DNA of 20,000 nt from contig NW_013546121.1 in the NCBI RefSeq assembly GCF_000760515.2, positions 54,584 through 74,583 on the forward strand. The letters are read 5' to 3'. Shown piece by piece: positions 1 to 12,773 of this stretch. The DNA comes from Mitosporidium daphniae (lineage: Eukaryota). The position numbers and the translations under genes were made by a program. Positions within the stretch are counted from its first letter, which is position 1; the number at the start of each line of letters is the position of its first letter. Below the pieces are notes generated by a model. It searched no databases. It was not told the origin of the DNA and was given only the letters and a program-made list of their open reading frames with translations.

Positions 1-3000
1 AAAAGACTGCTTCAAGTGAACTTTTACAGGCCACCAACGAACTACAGTTGCAACAATCCAGGATTGCAAAAATCCAGACCTTGATCTCATCCAATCTCGA
101 TCTGGATAAAGACGGGCTTACCTTTGCCAAGCTCAACTCTATTTTTTCGGAACTCCAGCACAAGGCAGAGGGGTTTGAAAAAGAGCTTTCACTGTTGACG
201 GCAAAATACCATCAGGAAGAGAACGAACTAAAGATCAAAAGGCAAAGAATTAAAGACCAAATGCACAGTTTAACGGAAACAATTAAATCAAAGAAGCGAG
301 AGCAATCCAATTGCCATCTTCAAAAATCTTCCATTTTAAGCTCTCTTCAAGAATTGTCTTCAATATCCAGGGAGTTTATAGAGCAGCAAGAATTCCAATA
401 TCAAATGGAAAATGAACTGTTGGCCAAAAAAAAGTCTACCTGTAGCCGTTTCCAATTTGAGGAAAAGCTTTCTCAATTGGAGAAGGAAAAATTACAGATT
501 GAAGGGGAACTTTTGGAAAACCAGGATCTTCTTAAAGAGCTGAACAGGGCCTCTGAAGCGAATACAAAGATTTCCATTAAAAGAACTGATCTGCGAAGAA
601 AGGAAATTGCATACAAGCAAGCGTTCAATTCTGTTTGCTCGTATTCCTCTCAGCATTTGGGAAATTCTCCTTCAGAGTCTATTGACGATATAATATCATA
701 CTGCGCACTTTCGTCGCACGAATTGGACATCAAAAAGGGCGTAGTTTCCTCTAGTATTGAAGAGCTAGCCAAAGGAATCAACATCAACAAACTCAAATTG
801 GAGTCGTTTCAGGCGCAACTTGAAGAAGCCAACTCCAATTTGCTGAAAAACAGGCTGAAATCGGAGTCCTTTTTTGAGCTTGTAAAATGCAGTGGCTTGT
901 TATCATCAAATGAATACTTTGAACAGCAAACGTCTTTTCCTTTGGTTTTAAAAAAGCTGGACGCTCTTCATGTTGAGTTAACGAAGCGACTATCTTCTTC
1001 CAGGGAGTTGGAGAATATTTACGGATCGTTTTTACAGGCCTCTCTTTGCACCTCAGAGTGTTCTTTGTGTTGTCGGCGCTTTTCTTGTGAACTGGAAAAA
1101 GAACGCTTTACATTGAAGCTTACAAATTTGATAGCAAATATTCCATCTGAAGTCAGGGTATATCAAGACCAATTGACAAAATTGGATGCGATTCATGTCA
1201 AGTCTCGTGAAATCCAAACGCATTTGGACTACATACAAGATCTCGAGGGCGAGAGGATTCCCGCTTTGATCAAAAACATCGAAATCCACACTGGTCAAAT
1301 TGAGGCGTTGAATTTGTCTCTTGAAAAAGCATCCAGCGAATTGAAATCGCTGGAAGAACTAGCGGGCAAATATGAGGGCTTGATGAAGCTCGTTGAAAGT
1401 GCAACGAAAATCCAAAAGGAAATCAAGCAAATTGAGCAGGAGATTTTGTTTATCGAAAAATCAGATAACATTGGCGTCAACTCTTCGCATTCGTTTGATT
1501 CGATTCAAGAAAAAACGGCCTCTCTTTTGCGAAAATCGACCATCATCAGGGGAGAGTCGGATGTCATAAGCAAAGATTATTCGACAAAGCTAAGCGATAT
1601 ACAAATGCTGGAGTTACAACTGAAAGATAAATTTTCTGAACTGAACGTCCTGAAGTCGAAATTTGAACACAAATTGCGGCTAGAAAATCAGTTGGCCGAG
1701 CTAAGTAAGCTTGATTCTTCGCTGCAAGTTGAAATCCAATCCTCGCAAGCCTATTTGGACACTGAAAACCAAACTCTTTTGTCAGATATTCAGTCAAGAT
1801 CCTGTGAAATCGCAAATTCCTACAAAAACGACGAGTTGGCATTGAGAGAAGCCAGAAGATCCTTTTTAGCTTACTTCAATCCATTTTCGTTGATACTTTC
1901 AGAATGTTGTGAATGGGAAAACAGAAGAGGCATTGATTTCGTCACCTCGGAAGTGGTTTCTCTTCAGGACAAGATATCCCGGTTTTCTATCAAACAAGAC
2001 GAGCTCAGGGAAACCATTTCTCGGTTGGACGCTTTATTCCTTTCCTATTCCCAAAAGGCATCTGAGATAAGGAATATTGAAAGGAATGTTCGAGATAATA
2101 TCAAATCCCGCTCCATGTCCAAGGCTATTTCTTTAAAGAGAGAGGAGCTTACCGGCCTGCTTAATGGATACTCTTCCGGATTACCTTATATTGAGTATAG
2201 ACGTCAGGAGGAAGAGTTGAAAAGAGAGCATTCTGAGCTGCTTGTCAAGGTATCGATGGCACATTAAATTATAGAAAGCAGGGGTTGTTGGTGAAATCAA
2301 GCAAGTCGAATCGCATTTGCAAAGACTGGCAGCTGAACTCGATACCGATTATGGAGAAATCGAAAAGAAACACAAGTCCCAGTTTGTCAAGGTGAAGGTC
2401 ACTGAGCTTGCCCTGGTTGATCTCGACCAATATGCCAAAGTGCTGGACTCGTAAGACTTTTCTTTCACGTAACCCATTGCTAGCGCTATTATGAAATACC
2501 ATTCGTTGAAGATGGAGGAGATCAACAAAATCATTAGAGAGCTCTGGGTTTCCACATACCAGAGCTCCGACATAGATACCATTGAGATCCATTCTGATGC
2601 AGAAACTACTCGAGGAAATCGCTCGTACAACTACAGGGTTGTCATGCTCAAAGGCGACACCGAGCTTGATATGCGCGGGAGGTCCTCTGCAGGCCAGAGG
2701 GTGCTAACTTCGATTATCATCCGGCTGGCTCTTGCGGAGACATTTGGGCTGAATTGCGGCATTCTTGCTCTCGACGAGCCCACTACCAATTTAGACCGGT
2801 CAAATATTGAAAGCTTGGCAGAATCGCTTTCAAAGTACCGCATTTTGCTTTCCCCCATTTTAGCATCATTAAGGCGCGACGGAGACAGTTTAATTTCCAG
2901 CTTATCGTGATCACCCACGATGAAGAGTTTGTGCAGCTATTGGGAAAATCCGAATTTACCGATTATTATTGGAGAGTTTCCAGGGATGAAAAGTACGGCG

Positions 3001-3075
3001 TACACATTGCTCATTTTTAGCCAAAATTCGGTCATCGAAAGGCAGTCCATCGTTGCCGGCACTTCCACACACTGA
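1..3075 (+). CDS. RAD50: DNA repair protein Rad50 (SMC-like ATPase), 5' end outside the window. Exons <1-2249, 2275-2450, 2484-2834, 2864-2992, 3021-3075.
   Basis: The frame is open from position 3. Long coiled coil with zinc-hook CSLC (1059-1070), then [19 protein letters not shown], signature MRGRSSAGQ, Walker [12 protein letters not shown] and, after splicing, H-loop LIVITHD. Four GT-AG introns (2250-2274, 2451-2483, 2835-2863, 2993-3020) restore one frame ending at TGA 3073-3075. Confidence 0.96.
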
Positions 3076-3259
3076 TACTAAATTAATAAAACACTGCATT
3101 CTCGTGTCGGGTCCAACTGTGCAACACCGTTGTATGCTTGCAATCTCATACCTCTTTGGGGCGAGTTAGAAGAGTGCACCGCCTGCAGCGCTGTACGTGT
3201 ACCGCCGCAAGCAGCTCATTTTTGGTGGCGAAAGAAATCACATTTATTTATCGATGGGA

Positions 3260-5278
3260 TTAATTAAAATACTCATCTGTTTCTTCAAGAACCTCCTCAA
3301 CCCACTCAGAGACGGTGGTCGATGCAGATAGCTCTTTTTTTGTGTTAAAGAGGTTGGGATCATTAAGGATATTACACCAGTCGGCTCTAGCAGCCTTTTT
3401 CCATGCAATCCAGTCGGCAACAAGATTTTGTTTGCTCTTTTCTTGATTTTGCTGAGTACTGACGATGTTTGCCTGATCTTCCTGGTCAAAGATAGCGGAA
3501 TAAGATTTTAAATTCTTCTTGATGTCTTTGACCTTTTCAGGGCTAAGCAGGATTTTTGGTCTGGGTCTCCAAGAAAAGTTCTTCAAAACATCCATGGGCT
3601 GGCGACGCAAAGTCTGGCCTCTAAAGTCCCAAATTGTGTAATTGTTGTCGGACTTGCAAAGATAATGCAATTGAAAGGTTGCGAAAAACCTTCCCGAGGG
3701 ATCCCATTCAGCATGGGTGGCATTAAAGTTTTCAATCGACGATAGCAATTCAAACTCTTCTTTATCGTTGATCGAGTAAAACTCCAACATTCCAGCCATG
3801 TTTTCGAGCCCACAGAAGACAAAAAACCGTCCCTTTGGATTCCAAAGAACAGACCCAATCGATCTCTTTTCAAATGACTTGATGAGCCCCATTTCGTACC
3901 GGGATGTGACGGTAAAATCCTTGGATTTGAGGGGCTTTTTCATGTTGTAAAAATTGATGATAAGCTTTCCAGAGTCATTTTCAATCGTCGCAAATCGATC
4001 TCCAGTCATTTCCCACGAAAAAGAGGTCAGAAGCCCGTTGAGCTCCAGAAATTCCACAGAAACGTCCTTTTCGTTGAGACGAAAGATTTCAATCGAGCTG
4101 CTCTTTTTTCCCTTTGACCGATCAACGGAAACCGCAAAGTATGTCGATTCAGCATGCCAATACAAGTTGCAATGGGATATGTTGAACAGGTTTTTGATAC
4201 GCAGCAGCCTGAACGTTGGGATCTCCAAAACCGCAACTTTGGCCGGTGTATTTTCATACTCCATGCTCCAATAGGCAAGAAGGTTTTTAGAAGGCGAGAA
4301 TGCAATGTCCACCACAGAAATGGCAGGAAGTCCCAAAGATTGGTTTCCCCCGTTGACGAAATTAAACGAGTCTGTGGAGTTCATCAAAAACACTTCGTTT
4401 TTGCCGACAAAGGCAGCATATTTATCATCGTGTGACCATTTGACATTGGGCTCGCTCAAATTTTCAAACAAAAATGTTTTCACAAACATGCCGGTAGAAA
4501 GATCCCAAATCACCACGTTACTATTGAGGCCAGCAATCGGTTTGGCGCTATAAGTTACCATGAACTTGTCTGCTTTGGAAAACTCAACCGCAAACACCCC
4601 GGGGTGGGAAAACCGATTTATGGGCTGGAATGTGGGCCCGCCTGAAATCATAATCCCTTGTTGGTGGAAAGAGGCCAGATAAATTCCAGTAGTTGACCAT
4701 TGTAATCGATCCGAGATGTTGGACTGTGAAAAAACACGCTCATCTTGGTGAGCACCTTCATTCCAGAAAATGGATATCGAATCGGAATGATGAGCAAGAA
4801 ATTGATCCCTGGCTCGTTCATCACATAGCCATGACTTTAGGTGCCCCTTTTCGGTAAATGGCTCTGGTGTAAACTTGAATTCCGTGATGGGGGTTGACGC
4901 GATCGATGCAAGCTCCGAAAATGGAAGGACCAGAATGGTATGGTTCTTGTCTAACACTCTACCATGAAGCGCCTGCTGGACATTCTTGGCCTGAGTGGCG
5001 TCCTCTAGCTCGACAAAAAGAAAGCCTTTGCAATTTCCTGTTTCGGGATCTTTAGGAATATAAATGCCATTTTCACGAATTGTGCCAAAGGATCCGATCA
5101 GTTTGGTTTTAAGCAGAGTTATAAAAGCCTTTTCCTTTGCAGGCTCAAATTTCGGAATCTGGTCTAATAGCAAAATATGGTCTGTAGACAGATCAGGAGC
5201 GATCGAATACTCCTCCTCCAAATCTGTGAAATCTATTCCAAGCTCTTCAAGCGTAAACTGATTTCCCGGGCTGATCAT
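3260..5278 (-). CDS. PRT1: Eukaryotic translation initiation factor 3 subunit B (eIF3b/Prt1), 672 aa, no intron needed
   Basis: N-terminal RRM (KGFLFVE, LHGRVLDKNH), then LKSWLCDERARDQF, a beta-propeller region (WNPKGRF, EWDPSGRF) and FSWRPRP, all typical of eIF3b. Confidence 0.95.
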   Translation of the reverse strand: MISPGNQFTLEELGIDFTDLEEEYSIAPDLSTDHILLLDQIPKFEPAKEKAFITLLKTKLIGSFGTIRENGIYIPKDPETGNCKGFLFVELEDATQAKNVQQALHGRVLDKNHTILVLPFSELASIASTPITEFKFTPEPFTEKGHLKSWLCDERARDQFLAHHSDSISIFWNEGAHQDERVFSQSNISDRLQWSTTGIYLASFHQQGIMISGGPTFQPINRFSHPGVFAVEFSKADKFMVTYSAKPIAGLNSNVVIWDLSTGMFVKTFLFENLSEPNVKWSHDDKYAAFVGKNEVFLMNSTDSFNFVNGGNQSLGLPAISVVDIAFSPSKNLLAYWSMEYENTPAKVAVLEIPTFRLLRIKNLFNISHCNLYWHAESTYFAVSVDRSKGKKSSSIEIFRLNEKDVSVEFLELNGLLTSFSWEMTGDRFATIENDSGKLIINFYNMKKPLKSKDFTVTSRYEMGLIKSFEKRSIGSVLWNPKGRFFVFCGLENMAGMLEFYSINDKEEFELLSSIENFNATHAEWDPSGRFFATFQLHYLCKSDNNYTIWDFRGQTLRRQPMDVLKNFSWRPRPKILLSPEKVKDIKKNLKSYSAIFDQEDQANIVSTQQNQEKSKQNLVADWIAWKKAARADWCNILNDPNLFNTKKELSASTTVSEWVEEVLEETDEYFN

Positions 5279-5554
5279 ATCGAGGTGGGCGCAAAGAGAT
5301 GGATTAAAAAAGAAAAATTTATTAATATTCTTCTCTCCAACGTGTATCCGGGAGGGGAATGTTAATTTTTAATATTTTAATTTCCCTCTTTGTTAATAAA
5401 CACTTCACACCATGCAATTAACTCCAGAACATTAATAGGCTTTCTTAATTGCGCTACAAATGCCAACGAGCCCGCTATCAACGTGCAGCGGCCTGCTCAC
5501 AGAGGGTCGCGATTTATTACCAGATGAAGATTTTACACTAATTTAAATTTTCTA

Positions 5555-6570
5555 ATGTCTTCAGAAAGTGCACATAGCGATTCCAGATTTCTGAGCTTCT
5601 TCTCCTATCTTTCTTCATGTATTTCTTCGTTGCAACAGCTAAAAAAGGAACTGAACTTGAAACAACCCGGCTCATTTGATAATCTTGGACGAGAGGCTAA
5701 AAGTACGCTTGGATCGTTTTTTATGTTTAGATGTTTCTCCGACGCATTTGTTATTCGAAGGTGGGAAGCTTGATTTGGGAAAAATACTAAGCAATCAATT
5801 CCAAGTTTCGCATTCTTTTAACCTTGCCGCGGGTACCCTTCCATCGACGTACCACTTTGGGACCGTTTTTGTCGGCAAATCGGTAGCCCATTTTAATTTG
5901 ATTGTAGAATTTTCTCCAAGGCATGCTTGACAGCAATGGCGATTTGCAGGGAAAAGTGCAGCTCTCCATGAGCCAAAATCTGACGGCAAAGTGTCAATGT
6001 CAAATTTCTTCGCGTCCAGGATATTCGATGTTTCAGTCTGAATCTGAATACCTGGGCCGGGACTATACTCTCAATGCCAAGGCGATCAATTTTGACCCAA
6101 CAAATCTAACTGGTGTCTTTTCGCTTGGATACTTGCAATCAGTCTCGAAAAATGGCGGCCTTGCGCTCGGGATTGAGGGCATCTTGCAGCGCCCTATGCC
6201 TGAGGTCGAAGATGCCGGCATGACGTTTATTGCCAAATACACCACAGACGCCAAATCTATCTTTGTAGCAAACATTCAGAATTTTATTGGAGTTCAGCTC
6301 TCGTATTTTCATCGCGTAAATGAAAGTATTGAATTTGCGGCAGATATGCAGACCATTCTTGCAGGGCCTCAAAGAGAGGCACTTGCAACCGTTTCTTGCA
6401 AAATGGAACATAGACAGGCCAGTGTCCGCGCATCACTTGATTCACAAGGGAAACTGGGTATGTTTCTTGAAGAGAGACTCTTTGGAAGACTTGCGCTTTT
6501 AATATCCGGTGAGATTGATCATCTCAAAGGAAGAAACAAATTTGGAGTTGGGTTAGCCATTGAAAGCTGA
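5555..6570 (+). CDS. TOM40: Mitochondrial import channel Tom40, about 320 aa. Exons 5555-5702, 5731-5882, 5908-6570.
   Basis: LKQPGSFDNLGRE N-terminal motif, FQVSHSF, FLQGMLDSNGDL, YLQSVSK and a C-terminal beta-signal-like KFGVGLAIE. Introns 5703-5730 and 5883-5907 join three ORF-track fragments in frame. Confidence 0.92.
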
Positions 6571-6694
6571 TCGAACGAGATCACGGTGCCACCTCAAATA
6601 AATTAAATTGAAAATTTGCCGTTTTAAGATTAGCCCAATGATGAACTTACTTTTTAACTAATCCTTTCATCGAGTCATCCTGTTCGTGGCATTT

Positions 6695-7466
6695 ATGGGT
6701 GTCGATCCGTTGAATAAGAGTCCTCTATACTCAACAGAATCAACCGCGTTCTCCAATGGCGGTGCATTCCCTTCCTTTGCAAAGACCTCTAATTCAGGCA
6801 GTGCCGGAAAACAGCTACTTGACACGCGTATTGGAAAGATGAAGGGGGGAATCCAAATCCATAGGATTTGGGAAAACAATGACCCCTTGTTGGGCCTTTC
6901 CATAAACGAGAAAATCAGAGGAGTTGCAAATCGGATTTTGCATTCCGATTTCTACAAGAAATGGTACCTCTTTCTTACCCTTCTCTCGACACTGTGTCTT
7001 GTGTTGACTTTCATGTACACTTGGTATGTTATAGCATTTTAATGCCGCAGCCCGACGAATTCGTTGTTTTGCCTTGAATTTTTTGTCTTTTTTTCCATGG
7101 CTATAGAAATCTCACTGCGGTGGATCGTCCAGGGACAGGTTTGCGTCTTTGTTTGATTGTAGATGTATCTCCATGCAATTTCAAATGTGTTTGATCTTGT
7201 GATGCTTGTGCTATGTGGCGCGCTAATATACCTTATGCATGGACCGTGCTCTGGAAAGACCAGTCTTGAAAGCGAGGTGGACTCCTTTCTGTTGCTTTCA
7301 AGGAACATATTCCAATTCATCCGGTTGTACTGCATGGTAAACAAGTAAGCCTTTTCAAATCGGTTTTCTTTCACGAACTAGGCATCGATTGAGCCTAAAG
7401 ACCCGTCTTTCCATGATCGATTTCACAGACATCGAGTCAAATGGGTACCGGAGGGCCTTTAGTTGA
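6695..7466 (+). CDS. Small multi-pass membrane protein resembling an isolated ion-transport/voltage-sensor (S1-S4) domain, about 227 aa. Exons 6695-7023, 7051-7138, 7163-7344, 7382-7466.
   Basis: The spliced product has four hydrophobic segments with S2-like AIEISLRW, S3-like SNVFDL and S4-like LLLSRNIFQFIRL. Introns 7024-7050, 7139-7162 and 7345-7381 are all GT-AG and frame-consistent. Confidence 0.72.
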
Positions 7467-7491
7467 AATTTTTTAATTTAATAAATTTAAA

Positions 7492-9145
<1,654 letters not shown>

Positions 9146-9184
9146 AGGGAGGCTTTTAAATAAATTATTCAATCAGTCAGGATC

Positions 9185-10749
9185 CTATCCTTTTTGGCAA
9201 GATTCGTTCCAAATATTGAGCGTGCAGGAAAGGCAGCGGTATGGCTGCGAGATGGCTTTGATTGAAAACTCACTTGAAATCAGATTCAAAAATCCACAAC
9301 CGGTACAGTTCCAAAAGATCAGCGGGGAACTATTGAAAATATGTAATGAATGCCCAAATGAGGTACCTGTTAAAATGGCAAGAAAGCAGCGTATTTTGTT
9401 TTCCAAAGAAAATCTCATATTTACATCTAATTGTTCCCTCTCTTTTTGGCTGGATTTTGACGGGAATAGCAGTAGCTATGGGAGTGGTTGGGCAGAGGTT
9501 TGGCTCTATTGGGCCCACCGTTGGGGCTGAAAAGGAAGCCGTCGATGGGGCTGAGGAGGAAGAAATGGAAAAATCGGCGTGCAAGGTAGTTGAGTCCTTG
9601 GTTTTATTTTTTGTAGATCCTTTTTGCTTCTTCATAGCCAAACTAGGCGCTGATTTTTCCAATAAAGACGACGATGAAATGAATACCTTCGATTTAGGCT
9701 TGCAAAGAGCAGATGTCGCTGCTCTTTTGCTTTTATGGGCTTTTAGGCTCGTATTTTGGATATCGGTTCGTGTGTTTTCCTGTTCAAGCTTTTCAAGATA
9801 GCATAACACACTTATCCGGGATGTTATCTCCTTTAATAAAAAAGAAGGAGATAGCCACAAAAAAGATGCATGAAAATAGCGTTGAAAAAGCCCCTCAAGC
9901 AGATGCAGTGTCTTTTCAATCGTAAAATAAGATAGCCTGCCATCGAGCAACAGTGACTTGGCATATGAAATTGACACGGCTGATTTTGGAACAGTAATAA
10001 ACTTGCTAAAATAGGGAATGGAAAGATATTCATCGGTGATATTAGCGAGGAAATCAGCGAGCAAGCTGGTGTTCTTTCTTATGAGATGCCGTTGGGGCAT
10101 GATTATGGCAGCCGCTTGTACTGGAAAATGGGATTCCATGTGTGCTTTAGAATACTTTTTCAAAAAAGCCTCCTCTCCCTTGAGGGATATTGAGCAAATG
10201 GGGCAATTAAAGACAAGGGCACTGCGATATCCAGTAAAAACGTGGGGAAAATCGCGATTAAATGGGGTTCTTTTTGCAATACCTCTAGATGATGCGAATG
10301 GGACAGATGCATTCAACGATATATAAAGAGGCGGCAACATATGCATCCAAATGGAATGGTATGCCTCGTGTGGGGAGATCAGTGCATATTCTTGGGTGCG
10401 ATTTAGATTAGCTGGTAGTGGGGTATGCGATGGAGAAAGTTCTTTGCCTGTCTCGATGATTATTGTGGGCAACTCAAATGAGTGGAAATCAAGGTGATAT
10501 CCTACTATGTTGCAGAGAACTAAAGGATCGTCTATTGCGTTAAAATTGAACAGACATACTATTGTCATGTTTGGAAGCAAACCCGGTGACGACCAAGGTA
10601 TCGATCCATGGAGAGAGCTCTACAATATTAACAAAATTGGCCCTCTATGGTCCATAAATATCAAGGCCTACATTTTGCTTGTGGGCAATGGTAACCGAAT
10701 ATAAATTAACAATTTCCTCCATTGGAGAACGATTTGAAAAAAAATCCAT
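9185..10749 (-). CDS. Uncharacterised protein, about 490 aa, with a central CxxC and a C-terminal Cys4 zinc-finger-like motif. Exons 10749-10672, 10644-10560, 10531-9367, 9329-9185.
   Basis: The 416-aa ORF extends at both ends through frame-consistent GT-AG introns at 10645-10671, 10532-10559 and 9330-9366. The last exon encodes WNCTGCGFLN...RCLSC. No family recognised. Confidence 0.65.
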
Positions 10750-10818
10750 TAAAGTTTCACATTTGATGGGTAATTGTATCAATTAGTACACCCAACCATC
10801 AATTCGGTGTTTTTATCG

Positions 10819-12719
10819 ATGTTTCGGGGCCAATTGCTCGGTGTAGCCATTAGGCGGGTTAATGGTAAATTCTCTGCATTCTACAAACCAAGTCGTGCAA
10901 AATTTAATCTCTTCTCCAGAGCATTTTCCAATTCATCCGCTGAAGATGAGAATGAAGAGACCGATGTTTTAATCGTTGGCGGCGGACCTTCTGGCCTTTC
11001 AGCAGCTATCAAACTCAAGCAATTAGCAGCACAGAAAAACAGACCAATCAGAGTAGTCCTTTTGGAGAAGGGGTCTGAAATCGGTAATATAGCCTCGCCG
11101 ATAACCTCCAAGGATCACATATTTTAAGCGGTGCTGTGTTAGAGCCCACTGCGTTAAATGAGCTGTTGCCGGGATGGAACGAAAAGCCAACGTCTTCAAA
11201 TCTTCCAAAGTTTCCTGTTGCCCAATCAGTTGTTCAAGACGAGATGATACTTTTGAGTGAGAAGCTTTCCTTTGCCCTGCCAAAGCCGCCCCAAATGCAC
11301 AATCGTGGCAATTTTATCATTTCCCTTTCCGACTTTACAAAATGGCTAGCTGAAATTGCGGAAAACCTTGGGGTGGAGATATATCCGGGAACTGCCGCAT
11401 CAAAGGTACCCTTGCTTTATTGAGGCCGTGCTTTCCTTTAGGTTTTGTATTCTAGCAAGGGTGACGGTGTGGTTGGTATTGAAACAAATGCTGTTGGTAT
11501 CGACAAAAAGGGCACCAAAACTAGCTCCTATCAACCAGGAATCAAATTTTTGTCTAAAATCACCCTCTTTGCCGAAGGTTGTAGGGGCTCGCTGACAAAA
11601 CACCTGGAAGAAAAGTTCCTTTTGAGAGAAAATTCCTTCCAAACTTTTGGATTGGGTTTAAAGGAGGTATATTTTTGTCCCATTACTTGGATCATGTAGA
11701 TATGGGACATCAAACCTGAAAATTTCAAAAAAGGTTTAGTGCTTCACTCGGTCGGATGGCCTCTTTCCCATGACACATATGGAGGCTCGTTCATGTACCA
11801 TTCCGGGATCGAAAATAGAATATACATCGGAATGGTTGTAGGCCTGGACTACTCAAATCCTTACCTCTCGCCCTATAATGAGTTTCAACGATGGAAACAC
11901 CACCCAAAGATTTCTTCGTTTCTTGAGGGGGGCAAATGCATATCTTATGGTGCAAGAGCCTTAAACGAGGGCGGCATTCAGTCCATTCCGAAGCTTAGCT
12001 TTCCTGGTGGTGCTTTAATAGGCTGTTGTGCTGGGTTTCTTAATGTTCCTAAGATTAAAGGAACCCATACGGCGATGAAAAGCGGTAAACTATCATTGCT
12101 GACAATTTAAGGGATCCTTGCGGCGGAAGCCATCATGGAAGCTAGCCTAAACAGCGCCAAAATGGGCGCTCTTTATGAGCAAAACATTAAAGAAAGTTGG
12201 CTCTGGAAAGAACTCTATGCTGTCAGGAACGTCCGACCGAGTTTCAAGTATGGTCTTGTTGCGGGGCTGCTTTATTCCGGCATTGAAACTATCATTTTTC
12301 GGGGGAAATCGCCCTGGACACTGAAGCACCATTCACCAGACCACTTGACCCTTAAAGAGGCTAAAGATTCGGTCCAAATTACATATCCGAAGCCTGATGG
12401 CAAAATTTCGTTTCCATTGTTGGATAATTTGGCCAGAAGCGGGACAAACCATGACGAAAATCAGCCATGTCACCTGATCCTCTCAGACCCCAAAATACCT
12501 GTGCATGTAAATCTGGAAAAGTATGCCGGGCCCGAAAGCCGCTATTGTCCCGCCGGTGTGTATGAATTTGTCGATAGTGCTGGTGCCTCCTCAAAGCGGC
12601 TTCAAATCAATGCCCCAAACTGTCTGCATTGTAAAACTTGCGACATCAAGGACCCACTTCAAAATATCACATGGGATGCACCCATGGGCGGGGGAGGCCC
12701 AAATTACTCGGGGACATAG
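10819..12719 (+). CDS. ETFDH: Mitochondrial electron transfer flavoprotein:ubiquinone oxidoreductase (ETF-QO), about 591 aa. Exons 10819-11083, 11113-11405, 11442-11666, 11700-12084, 12112-12719.
   Basis: Arg-rich N-terminal presequence, FAD motif [40 protein letters not shown], and 4Fe-4S ligands RYCPAGVYE and [13 protein letters not shown]. Introns 11084-11112, 11406-11441, 11667-11699, 12085-12111. Confidence 0.97.
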
Positions 12720-12773
12720 GGTTATAAATTTATTTGACATCATTGCCATTGTAAACCGGCACACTAATTTGCT

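Noticed and set aside
2250..3075. Fragmented ORFs in RAD50, TOM40, ROK1, ETFDH and eIF3i read as pseudogenes, frameshifts or an alternative genetic code
   Set aside because: Every break is resolved by a short GT-AG intron that restores conserved motifs under the standard code.
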